Positions 7,737 through 15,823 of a stretch of 46,399 bases of DNA are shown here, piece by piece (position 1 is the stretch's first letter; each line of letters opens with the position of its first letter). The translations under genes and the position numbers were made by a program. The DNA lies in the IMG/VR virus record IMGVR_UViG_3300027265_000053, positions 1 through 46,399 of that record, one strand, 5' to 3'. The notes beneath the pieces were generated by a model. It saw only the letters and a program-made list of their open reading frames with translations. It did not search any database and was not told the origin of the DNA. Source of the DNA: a virus (Duplodnaviria > Caudoviricetes).

Positions 7737-8096
7737 TTAAGCGTTAGCTTGTTTAAATTCGGCCGGACGGTCTTCGGTGACCTGTCTCAAGCCGGGCAAT
7801 GAGGTTTGCCGTGGGTCTTCGCGCTGCAAGTTGCCTTGCGGCGTTGGAAAGAGGATGGTCGCTTCGCGTGGGAACGATGGCAGCTTGACTTTGGTTTCGT
7901 CGCTGATAAAAATCTGGGCGCCGTTGGCTTCGGGCTTAAATTTTAGCGTGATGGTCATCGTTGCCATTTTGTTAGTGTCGCGCGCGGCATTGACGCAGGC
8001 GGCAACTTGGTTGCTGAGCTCTTCGGCGGTTTGGCCGTAGCGCAGTTGGTTAATGGTGTGGTTAAATAGATCGGGTCTGTTTTTAGGTTCCGGCAT
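7737..8096 (-). CDS. Conserved partner of DUF2303
   Basis: MTITLKFKP...FPTPQGNLQREDPRQ; typical synteny. Confidence 0.75.
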   Translation of the reverse strand: MPEPKNRPDLFNHTINQLRYGQTAEELSNQVAACVNAARDTNKMATMTITLKFKPEANGAQIFISDETKVKLPSFPREATILFPTPQGNLQREDPRQTSLPGLRQVTEDRPAEFKQANA

Positions 8097-8200
8097 GATT
8101 GCACCTGTTGTTAATCGCTAAGTTTCCCGCGTCCTTGCGGGTTTGTGTTGGCATTGCTGCATTGTTTCCGGCTTGAGACGTGTCGGGTCACGTTTGTTGT

Positions 8201-8313
8201 TGGTGCGTTGGTGGCCGGAGTTGAACCGGCGCTAAGTCTACTCACAGGTACTGTCATCTAAATTGACTGATGAATGCATCCGTCCCGGCTCTAACCGTCT
8301 GAGCTACACCAAC
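8201..8313 (-). ncRNA. tRNA-like RNA with expanded, branched anticodon region
   Basis: Acceptor GTTGGTG/CACCAAC, D arm GCTC-AGACGGTTA-GAGC, T arm GCCGG-TTCAACT-CCGGC, 3' GCACCA; 57 nt between D and T arms. Confidence 0.8.
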
Positions 8314-8639
8314 AAAAATAGCGGCTAAGGCACTACAGTTTCGCTCTGCCTAACGTGGCTGATATAACCGCTATTTTTGTTGCCTATCCTTACTGCCCAG
8401 GGATAGGCTTCTGGTTACACCCGGTAAGCACACCGGTTTGCCATTTGACGCATGGCTGCAAAATGCAGGGTTTAATTTCTTGTCATGATGATCTGGTAAA
8501 AAAACCATGGCAATTGACTGACTCGCGCCTTTTTTGGGACTGCGAGGACTCCAACTCTGCATTTTTTAAAAACCACTGTGAGCAAGGGCTTTTAAAAAAG
8601 TGCCCGCTAAAAAGCCGGGCGGAAAGGTAGGCTGCTGGG

Positions 8640-8960
8640 CTAATAGTCGACTGAATATCCTGCTTTGATTTTTAAAAAATCATCGGTTCTTATCAGGTTT
8701 AGGGTTTTGTTAAGGCTGGTTATCATTTCTTCGGTGGTCTTGAGGTCGGTGTCGAAAAAATGAAAGGTCAGGTTGTCTGTATTCTCAGAGTCAAAAACGG
8801 TGATGTTGAAATCTGTTTGGTTGTTTTGAAATCTAACTGCGGCGTTAACGGATACATTTACGTTGTTAGATAGTTCGATGCTGGTCAGGGCTTTTGTGTA
8901 AAGCATCAGCATTTCTACTCTGCTGTGTTTTTGGGTTTGTTGTTCTGTTTTTGTTTCCAT
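8640..8960 (-). CDS. Hypothetical protein, first gene after pL
   Basis: AGGTG RBS, 106 aa. Confidence 0.6.
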   Translation of the reverse strand: METKTEQQTQKHSRVEMLMLYTKALTSIELSNNVNVSVNAAVRFQNNQTDFNITVFDSENTDNLTFHFFDTDLKTTEEMITSLNKTLNLIRTDDFLKIKAGYSVDY

Positions 8961-9023
8961 GTATCACCTGTTTTGTTTGTGGTACGCGGTGCGTACCCTA
9001 CTTGGCTTTGTTGCGTTTTGGTA

Positions 9024-9065
9024 AGTATAGCTATTAGCTAATTAATGTCAATAGCCAATAGCGAA
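9024..9065 (-). promoter_or_regulatory. pL promoter with OL operators
   Basis: TTGACA-16-TATACT; ATAGCCAATAGCGAA (9051-9065) is the exact reverse complement of TTCGCTATTGGCTAT at OR (12527-12541); second copy at 9027-9041. Confidence 0.85.
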
Positions 9066-9106
9066 TATTTATTCGTAAGCGAGTTTACCTATGAAATTCA
9101 GGCAAT

Positions 9107-9130
9107 AAAAAACCCGCCGGAGCGGGTTTT
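9107..9130 (-). terminator. Rho-independent terminator ending the immunity-region transcript
   Basis: AAAAAACCCGC-CGGA-GCGGGTTTT. Confidence 0.85.
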
Positions 9131-9152
9131 GTGTGGATATTTGTGCTATCTT

Positions 9153-9620
9153 CTATGCAAGATGTTCAAATATTTTTTCAGAGCACTTGAGCGGGATGAG
9201 CTGGTCATCTCTATTGAATTCGTGCATAACGTCATTGTAGGCAATGCTTCTTAGTAGTTCGATTTCTTGCGTATCGCTTTGCCTAGCCTCCTCAATAGCA
9301 ACCTCAAGCTCGGCTTCATTAAGCGCGTTTGACTTGACCATCAGTGCTTGATAGCGTCTTACATCCGATTCATTTAGTGCTGCTTTGTCACCCGGTCTGG
9401 CGGCAATAAACATTGCGCCTGAGCAGGCTAATAATCCTGCTCCTGCAAACGAGAGCCAGTCAGGTAAGGCAGTTAAGTAAATTGAAAACGTAGCGCTACC
9501 GCCGACAATGGATAAAAATACACCTGTCGCCTGAAGACGCCTATAAAGCCTTGCTTGCCGCTGGCATAACCGGATGGCATAGCGGATTTCGCCCTTTAGC
9601 TGGTCTTTTGTTTTGTTCAT
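9153..9620 (-). CDS. 2TM SLATT-like membrane protein (module B)
   Basis: N-terminal helix, two TM segments (FLSIVGGSATF; FAGAGLLACSGAMFI), C-terminal helices. Confidence 0.7.
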   Translation of the reverse strand: MNKTKDQLKGEIRYAIRLCQRQARLYRRLQATGVFLSIVGGSATFSIYLTALPDWLSFAGAGLLACSGAMFIAARPGDKAALNESDVRRYQALMVKSNALNEAELEVAIEEARQSDTQEIELLRSIAYNDVMHEFNRDDQLIPLKCSEKIFEHLA

Positions 9621-9637
9621 GGATTGCCTCGCTATAG

Positions 9638-9715
9638 TCAGTTTTTTGGTTCCGGAGGGGGCTTAGGGTTTGGGATGGGTTTTTGTGGAACATGCCCTTT
9701 AATATGAATTGTCAT
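9638..9715 (-). CDS. Pro-rich micropeptide B, 25 aa (not in ORF track)
   Basis: MTIHIKGHVPQKPIPNPKPPPEPKN*. Confidence 0.65.
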   Translation of the reverse strand: MTIHIKGHVPQKPIPNPKPPPEPKN

Positions 9716-9757
9716 TATTCTACCCTGGTTGTTGTTTTGCAATGTAAATGTGGTGTT

Positions 9758-9784
9758 GGGTTACGCTACGCTAACCCGGCCTAC
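9758..9784 (-). repeat. GTAG-family REP-like element
   Basis: GTAGGCC-GGGTTAGC-GTA-GCGTAACCC; another at 8981-9001 (GTAGGGTACGC-ACC-GCGTACC). Confidence 0.6.
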
Positions 9785-9820
9785 GGCTTATTGGCAAAGT
9801 TGGACAGTCTGAATAACTTT

Positions 9821-10324
9821 TTACGGTACTAATAGCGGCGGGGAATGACGGCTAAAAATATTGAGTTTGATTTCTGCTGTTCCTCCCAATGCTTCTACTG
9901 CGCGTTCATAGCAGCGTTCGAATAGGATGCGGTGGGCGGCAGGCTCGCCCGCTTCAATGTCATTGGCTCGGGCAAACCATTGGTTGATAAGGTCTTCGGT
10001 AAATCCTCGTTCGCCGACTTGTTCGATGTCGCGCTCCAGTTGCGCCCATTCGGCGCTACGCTTTACGCTGTCTCTGGCTTTGTTGCCGTAGCCAAATACT
10101 AAGGATGCGGTGCTGGCTGCGGTAATAAAGGCGGCGCACCATTGGATGATTTCCGGGCTTGAGATTTTGGCGAAGGCTATGGAGCCTGCCAGTATTGATG
10201 CGGCCTTAATAAAGCTTTCCCGTCGTTCGAATATGCTTTGGCGTTCCTGGTAATAAATGCGGTTGGTCAGGGCGCGGACTTTAATATCGTAGCGACGTTG
10301 CCAAAGGTATTCGGTGTCGGTCAT
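9821..10324 (-). CDS. 2TM SLATT-like membrane protein (module A)
   Basis: YYQERQSIFERR-TM(AASILAGSIAF)-TM(AAFITAASTASLVFGY)-KARD...WAQLE. Confidence 0.75.
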   Translation of the reverse strand: MTDTEYLWQRRYDIKVRALTNRIYYQERQSIFERRESFIKAASILAGSIAFAKISSPEIIQWCAAFITAASTASLVFGYGNKARDSVKRSAEWAQLERDIEQVGERGFTEDLINQWFARANDIEAGEPAAHRILFERCYERAVEALGGTAEIKLNIFSRHSPPLLVP

Positions 10325-10328
10325 GGTG

Positions 10329-10400
10329 TTATTCCTTTTTGGGAGGCGTGGGAGGTGCTTTAGATGGCCGTGGAGTATGTGATTTGCTTTCGTAGTACAT
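10329..10400 (-). CDS. Pro-rich micropeptide A, 23 aa (not in ORF track)
   Basis: MYYESKSHTPRPSKAPPTPPKKE*; its 3' end carries the AAGGA RBS of the next gene. Confidence 0.65.
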   Translation of the reverse strand: MYYESKSHTPRPSKAPPTPPKKE

Positions 10401-10452
10401 TATTTTATCTTCTAATTGTTTTTTGCAATATAAATTATTGATTTGGTCTGAT

Positions 10453-10860
10453 TTAGTTTGAGCAAAGCGAATGGTCTACATAGCGCTTATTACCGCCTGC
10501 CGTTAATGTGTAGCAGCCGCCGCGCGGGCCGGTATGGTAGCCGGTTGTGCTGCTGGCGGTGATCCAGTCGTCTGTATTTTCTTCGGTTTTGCAGTTTTTA
10601 CGTTCGGTTTTGTCTTTGGTTTTGCTGTCGGCTACGGTTTGCCATTGCATATTGTCCGGTGCGTCAGCTCCGCCACAGGCCAGCGCGACAATATGATCGA
10701 TTACGTAGCCTGGGCAGCTGCCTTTGTTGTTGCCATTGGCCGGGCATGGGTGCTCGTGCTTAAAGGCGGATTTAGCGGCTTGGCTGCGCTGTCTGGCTTC
10801 GGATTGGCTCGGAATTACAAGCGATAATAATATTGCGATAGCGACAATTTGTTTTTTCAT
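10453..10860 (-). CDS. Exported HNH-like protein with C-terminal TGPRGG basic motif
   Basis: Signal peptide ending SEA; CPGYVIDHIVALACGGAD..NMQWQ; YHTGPRGGCY..GNKRYV. Confidence 0.75.
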   Translation of the reverse strand: MKKQIVAIAILLSLVIPSQSEARQRSQAAKSAFKHEHPCPANGNNKGSCPGYVIDHIVALACGGADAPDNMQWQTVADSKTKDKTERKNCKTEENTDDWITASSTTGYHTGPRGGCYTLTAGGNKRYVDHSLCSN

Positions 10861-10926
10861 TTTGGTTATGATTCTTTTCTGTTTTTGTTATATATCTTGT
10901 TTTTTAGATCGCGTTACGCTGCAAAT

Positions 10927-11676
10927 TCACTCAGCCAAGTTTGATGGGATTTTTATAATCTCACCATCATCAAACGCAATCGAAACAGGTGTAAACGAAT
11001 AAGTGAACCCGCCTGTTGGGAGTGCATATATTTTTCTTGCCGAATCATCTGTAAATGAATCGGCGTTCCATAGAAAGCTATTGTTTTCTTTTATTATTTC
11101 ATTTGGCCTTATTATTTGATTCATATCTATGCTTAGACGACCAATGAAGTCGTTTGATGGGTCAAAAAAATCAAAATACCCTTTTATTTGCTTAATAGAC
11201 TTTTGTTGTTTATTTTCAAAAGCTATCTTTAATTCCAGTAAATCATTGGCTCTACTTTTCATGAAGTCGCGTTTTAATGATGTTTTTTCGGTAATTGCCA
11301 CGCTTATCATTGCCGCTATCTTTTCTGAAATTTCTTTTTGTTCGGCTGCAACTTTTTGGGCTAAATCATCAGCTTCTTTTTGGCGTTTTAGTGTTTCGGC
11401 GGCATTGTCCTGTATTCTTTGCTGCCATGCTTTTGCGTCGGTTAAAACATCTGAAACTGATAGTCCTGCAATCTGCTTTTTTGAGCCAAAAGCGCCGCTT
11501 AATTCATTTGCTGCTAAGTATCCTGCTAATAATCTTCTCTCGTCTTCCGGCAGTTTTTTAAATATATCAGGGTTGTCTGAAATTTGTTTCAAGGGTTCAT
11601 TGCTAAATATAAAGTCTTTTGGGTCAGAGCAGGATATTGTCAAAAACGCTAATATAATTAAAAAATATTTATGCAT
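10927..11676 (-). CDS. Lipoprotein of unknown function
   Basis: MHKYFLIILAFLTIS-C lipobox; central coiled coil. Confidence 0.75.
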   Translation of the reverse strand: MHKYFLIILAFLTISCSDPKDFIFSNEPLKQISDNPDIFKKLPEDERRLLAGYLAANELSGAFGSKKQIAGLSVSDVLTDAKAWQQRIQDNAAETLKRQKEADDLAQKVAAEQKEISEKIAAMISVAITEKTSLKRDFMKSRANDLLELKIAFENKQQKSIKQIKGYFDFFDPSNDFIGRLSIDMNQIIRPNEIIKENNSFLWNADSFTDDSARKIYALPTGGFTYSFTPVSIAFDDGEIIKIPSNLAE

Positions 11677-11773
11677 CTGTATTCCTGGTGATGTATTGGT
11701 TTTATTATTAGGTAATGACTTAAGGCGTAGCTAATGCAATAAGCCCAAAAGCTACGCTTTTTTAGTTTTAATT

Positions 11774-12478
11774 TTATAAAAGCCTTCGGCCTTTTTGTTG
11801 TTCAAAAACTGCAACGCCAAGTAAAATGTAATCTTTATTTTCAAGCGAAATTGAGTTCGGATAACCCGATTCCAGTGGCTCTACTTGCAATTCACCAAAT
11901 CCAGGATTCCATCTAACTAGAGTTGGAATTTTGTCGCCTATCGATAAAACAGTAATGCTATTTTTTATTGGCTGCACTTCTGGGTCAATTAATAGTTGTG
12001 TGCCAACCGCAAATCCTTTAAAAATATCCCTATCTATTTCAATAATATATGATTTATCAGATGGCTTTAGGTCTTTATCTATAATCATACTGTCCAACTC
12101 CTCTATTGCTGTTGTGAAGTCGGAGTTATGGCAAAAATCAGACCATTTTATGAGTTTTGTTTTTATTGCATGTTCCTTCTTGGTTATTAGTGTCCATCTT
12201 CCTTGTGTTTCGTTTATTTCGTTTATTGGCTGGTTTTTTGCGCTAACGCCTGGGTATTTTTCGCCTTTACCAGTAATTAGGTATTCAACGCAGCAGCCAA
12301 ACTTTGCAGCAATTTTTATAGCTGTTTCCATTGATGGTAATTTTTCGCCGTTAAGCCAGTCGCTGATTGTTGGCTGGGCATAACCTAGCCATTTAGCCAG
12401 TTCCTTTTGGGTTTTTGGCGCTTCTTCGGTCTCTTTCCATAAGTCTCTAAACCGTTTTGCATATTCTGGATGTTTCAT
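11774..12478 (-). CDS. cI: CI-like repressor (XRE HTH plus divergent S24-like domain)
   Basis: TQKELAKWLGYAQPTISDWLNGEKLPS...VEYLITGKG; divergent from cro; start taken at MKHPEY. Confidence 0.88.
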   Translation of the reverse strand: MKHPEYAKRFRDLWKETEEAPKTQKELAKWLGYAQPTISDWLNGEKLPSMETAIKIAAKFGCCVEYLITGKGEKYPGVSAKNQPINEINETQGRWTLITKKEHAIKTKLIKWSDFCHNSDFTTAIEELDSMIIDKDLKPSDKSYIIEIDRDIFKGFAVGTQLLIDPEVQPIKNSITVLSIGDKIPTLVRWNPGFGELQVEPLESGYPNSISLENKDYILLGVAVFEQQKGRRLL

Positions 12479-12502
12479 TTTGTTATTGTGCGCCAAAATT
12501 AA

Positions 12503-12544
12503 ATCGCTATTAACTATTGCGTACTGTTCGCTATTGGCTATAAT
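12503..12544 (+). promoter_or_regulatory. pR promoter with OR operators
   Basis: TTGCGT-16-TATAAT ending 7 nt before the cro ATG; repeats ATCGCTATTAACTAT and TTCGCTATTGGCTAT. Confidence 0.8.
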
Positions 12545-12551
12545 GCAGCTC

Positions 12552-12752
12552 ATGAAAATACTCCATCAAATTAAAAAAAGGTATGGGACGCAAAAAAAGA
12601 TGGCTGCCGATCTCGGTTTGTCTCAGGCGACCGTGTCGGATTGGTTAAATGGAAATAAGCCTCTGTCGCCGGACAGTATCAATCTTGTTGCAAAAAAATG
12701 TGATGTAAAGCCGGGTGATCTTTTCGAAGAGGTTTATCCGTCAAATGATTAA
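12552..12752 (+). CDS. cro: Cro-like repressor
   Basis: GTQKKMAADLGLSQATVSDWLNG. Confidence 0.88.
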   Translation: MKILHQIKKRYGTQKKMAADLGLSQATVSDWLNGNKPLSPDSINLVAKKCDVKPGDLFEEVYPSND

Positions 12753-12917
12753 TCACGCCCCAGCCAATCCTTTAACACCTTCCTCACTCGCTGGTAATGG
12801 CTGGCAGGGGCGTGGCCCAATCTTGAGGTTAATTTTAACAACTCTCAATCCGTCTAGTAATCGGGTTGATTACCTAGGTAGGTTTACTGATGATAAAACA
12901 AACAAGCGCCTGGGTTG

Positions 12918-13175
12918 TTAGTGCTGATGTCCGGTTGGTGTTGGTTGAGAGCCGGCGTTTTCAAGCGCATGAAGTGCCCTTTGTAGGGTTTGCGAAAGAT
13001 ACAGTGCCTGCTCCTGAGTCAAAACGTAATTTCTACCAGCGTCGGCGTTTTCAAGTGACTGCAAGGGACTCGTTAAAAAGTCTAGGCAAAGCATGATGTA
13101 TCCCTCATTCGGCATTGTTTCTATTTTGATGTCTGCTACTGGGAACAGGTGGTCGTTGGGTGTGTTTTTTTCCAT
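12918..13175 (-). CDS. BssS (YceP)-like protein
   Basis: FPVADIKI...IMLCLDF...GRNYVLTQEQA..L...L..LE pattern recalled from the BssS family. Confidence 0.65.
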   Translation of the reverse strand: MEKNTPNDHLFPVADIKIETMPNEGYIMLCLDFLTSPLQSLENADAGRNYVLTQEQALYLSQTLQRALHALENAGSQPTPTGHQH

Positions 13176-13404
13176 GGTTTTTGGGGCTTTTGGTTTTTAA
13201 ATGTTTAAGCATAGCAGCGGTATAAATTTATGAGTAATGGAAAACAAAACAAACACCCGAAAACCCTTGAGCAAGCTGTGCTGACAAAAGGCGTTATCGG
13301 GGCAATTGCTTATGCGGTCAATCACCCTGGTACGGTGGCCGATTTAGGCAGCGATGAGTATCACCAGTTGATGGATATGTTTCAGGACTGGGTACCTTTT
13401 AAGC

Positions 13405-13617
13405 TTATCGATCATAACCAATGGTGGTCTTGCCATTACTTGTCCAGTGGCCGCAGGTGCAGTAAATGCTTTGAAATCGCTCGGTTGTCTCCGTGTGATG
13501 GACAAGATGAGGTTCGGCATTTGCAGGCCCGCGTCCGGAATATGATTTTAGGTCACGCTGACGATTGCAGTGTGCGCAATGGATGTACTTTTGAGGGTTT
13601 GATGGTTTGTTTGACAT
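13405..13617 (-). CDS. Small Cys/His protein (possible Zn ribbon)
   Basis: CAHC...CTCGH; competes with the overlapping + ORF 13230-13664. Confidence 0.4.
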   Translation of the reverse strand: MSNKPSNPQKYIHCAHCNRQRDLKSYSGRGPANAEPHLVHHTETTERFQSIYCTCGHWTSNGKTTIGYDR

Positions 13618-13667
13618 TGGAAGTTTGTTATCCGTTTAAATTTTTGAGTATAGCGCAAGGGTGATTT

Positions 13668-14051
13668 ATGACTATTAAAGCCGAGTTGATTAATCCGGGT
13701 CCGTTGACGCCACGCGAAAGCGAGGTGGCCCAGCTGATGGCTGAGGGTCACTCGGACAAGGTGATTGCGCGGGTTTTGGCGATCAGCATCAAGACGGTCA
13801 ATGTCCATATCGGCAATATTTACCTCAAGCTAATGGATCGGTCGGCGGCACTGGAAGATAACGCGGCCGGTCTGAATATGCGCTGCCGGGCGCTGGCGGT
13901 GATGATTGCCAGGGGCATGGTGTCGCTGTCGGTGCGGTCGGTGGTGTTGGTGTTGGTTTTTAATGCGGTGCTGCTGGACGATGAGGTGTTGCGGGCTCGG
14001 AGCGGTCGGGTTAGGGGTCATGTGGTGTCTCGGATTAAGCGGGATGCGTAG
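13668..14051 (+). CDS. LuxR/GerE-type HTH regulator
   Basis: LTPRESEVAQLMAEGHSDKVIARVLAISIKTVNVHIGNIYLKL. Confidence 0.9.
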   Translation: MTIKAELINPGPLTPRESEVAQLMAEGHSDKVIARVLAISIKTVNVHIGNIYLKLMDRSAALEDNAAGLNMRCRALAVMIARGMVSLSVRSVVLVLVFNAVLLDDEVLRARSGRVRGHVVSRIKRDA

Positions 14052-14186
14052 TTTTTTTTTCGGGCTGCTGTTGTTTTTGCTGGGGCTGGCGGTGCTGCTG
14101 GTTTTACTGGCGGCTTTTGGTGTGGTTTGGCTGTGCGATTGTTTTTGTATTTGGGTTAATCGTGAGTTTGACCGGTGTTTTGAGGG

Positions 14187-14402
14187 TTGGTGATGCCGGG
14201 TAAGGATAAGTCGCCGGAGCGGCGCGGGCAGTTGCGGATGTTGGCTTCGGTTGGCAAGCAGATTGCCCGGCTTGAGCGTGAGTTATCGGCGCTGCGGGAG
14301 ACGGAAAAGAAGTTGATTAAGCAGTATGAGCGGGCCAAGTATGTAGATGAGATTGAGCAGCTGCGGGCTTTGGTAGTCAATTATGAAAATGGGGTGGTGT
14401 GA
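14187..14402 (+). CDS. Hypothetical coiled-coil protein
   Basis: In operon, overlaps neighbours. Confidence 0.55.
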   Translation: MVMPGKDKSPERRGQLRMLASVGKQIARLERELSALRETEKKLIKQYERAKYVDEIEQLRALVVNYENGVV

Positions 14403-15013
14403 TGACGGTTTTGATAGGTATTACGGGGCGGGCCGGGGCGGGGAAGTCGTTGGTGGCGGCTAATATGGCCCGGTTGGCGGGTTATGAGATTGTTTCTTTT
14501 GCTGCGCCGCTTAAGCAAATGGCGTCACGGTTTTTGATGGATGCGTATGGCTATGATCAATCTGAGGTTGATTTATTTTTGGTAAATAAGACTGCAAAAA
14601 TTCCTGAGTTGGGTGTGTCGATGCGGCGATTGTTGCAAACATTGGGCACCGATTGGGGGCGTAACCTGATTAATCCACATATGTGGGTCAATATTGCGGC
14701 TGATCGGATTAGTGATCGGTTAGACGTTGATAGTGTGGTGATTGATGATGTTAGATTTGAGGGTGAGGCCTGCATGATTCGCAATTTTGGTGGTCTGATT
14801 ATCCATTTGTATCGTCCTGGTTGGGACGGTGGTGTGGGTGATCATGTTAGCGAGTCGGGTATTGCAGTGCTTCCTGGCGATGCGGTGATTGCAAATGACG
14901 GCAGTGAGCTGGATTTAATGGCGGCGGTGGGGCAGGCTGTTGACCGGTTTGTGTCGGGATCGGATGAGTTGCTGCGGTTGTGTTTGACGCCTTGCCGGGA
15001 GTATCGGTTATGA
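14399..15013 (+). CDS. Phage deoxynucleoside monophosphate kinase
   Basis: GITGRAGAGKS, SFAAPLK, RRLLQTLGTDWGR, IDDVRF, HVSE. Confidence 0.9.
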   Translation: MMTVLIGITGRAGAGKSLVAANMARLAGYEIVSFAAPLKQMASRFLMDAYGYDQSEVDLFLVNKTAKIPELGVSMRRLLQTLGTDWGRNLINPHMWVNIAADRISDRLDVDSVVIDDVRFEGEACMIRNFGGLIIHLYRPGWDGGVGDHVSESGIAVLPGDAVIANDGSELDLMAAVGQAVDRFVSGSDELLRLCLTPCREYRL

Positions 15014-15591
15014 GTGTGAGGGATGAGATTTTAGCGGCGCTTGGAAATAATGCGTCAGGATACCGGCGGAGAGAGTTGTTTGCTTTGTGTGATTCGGCGG
15101 TTGATGCTGTTGAGGTAAGCAATGCGCTACGTGAGCTTAAGGATGATGGTCTTATCCATGTTATCGAGGAGCGGGTGGGTAATAAGGGGCCGGTTTATGC
15201 GCTGGGGCCGGCGTTGCCTGCTGAGTCCAATACTGATGATCATGCTGACTTTGGATTGTCGGCAAATGGCGGCCTTGAAACGGCTGTCAGGGTTTTTGAA
15301 GGTTTTGCTAATGACGTACAACCAAGTATTGAAAAAATGCTTGGTGCTGTCTCTGAGGGTTTAGATAGCCATTGTAATGGTGTTGCTGAGTCCGATGTTG
15401 AGGGCGATATCGATCATTTTGACGCGATAATTAAGAGTTTGGTAGCGATTAAAACTCAGGTTAAACCGCCTCGTGTTGTTGATAATCTTGAGCTTAAGCT
15501 GCAATGTCTTAATAAGTTGCAGCAGATTCTTAATCCTGAGGTTGCTGAGCTTTTAAGCGAGATTGCAGTCGATCTTGAGGCGGCGGGCTGA
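15010..15591 (+). CDS. Protein with N-terminal winged-helix-like domain
   Basis: VRDEILAAL...VSNALRELKDDGLI. Confidence 0.65.
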   Translation: MSVRDEILAALGNNASGYRRRELFALCDSAVDAVEVSNALRELKDDGLIHVIEERVGNKGPVYALGPALPAESNTDDHADFGLSANGGLETAVRVFEGFANDVQPSIEKMLGAVSEGLDSHCNGVAESDVEGDIDHFDAIIKSLVAIKTQVKPPRVVDNLELKLQCLNKLQQILNPEVAELLSEIAVDLEAAG

Positions 15592-15794
15592 TGATCGAGC
15601 AAGGCAATTACCGGGTTGATTATTATGATCAGGATGGGCAGTTAATAGGAGCGTCTCGTGACGATATAAGGTCATTGGGCGCTGCTGTCGATGTTGCTCG
15701 TCAGGGACTGGTTGTTATTGCCGAGGAGCACTTATGTGCTCCGTCTTATCAGATTTTGCGCTGTGTGTTTAGTTCGCTCGACGAGACGTCATAA
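15591..15794 (+). CDS. Hypothetical protein
   Basis: TGATG coupling, GAGG RBS. Confidence 0.55.
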   Translation: MIEQGNYRVDYYDQDGQLIGASRDDIRSLGAAVDVARQGLVVIAEEHLCAPSYQILRCVFSSLDETS

Positions 15795-15823
15795 ATAATT
15801 TAGCACGGATTTTAACAATAAAA

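Noticed and set aside
8253-8267. Ochre suppressor tRNA (TTA in a 7-nt loop)
   Set aside because: The loop is on a 4-bp side hairpin of a branched domain, with A at position 32 and a displaced CCA, so decoding is unsupported.
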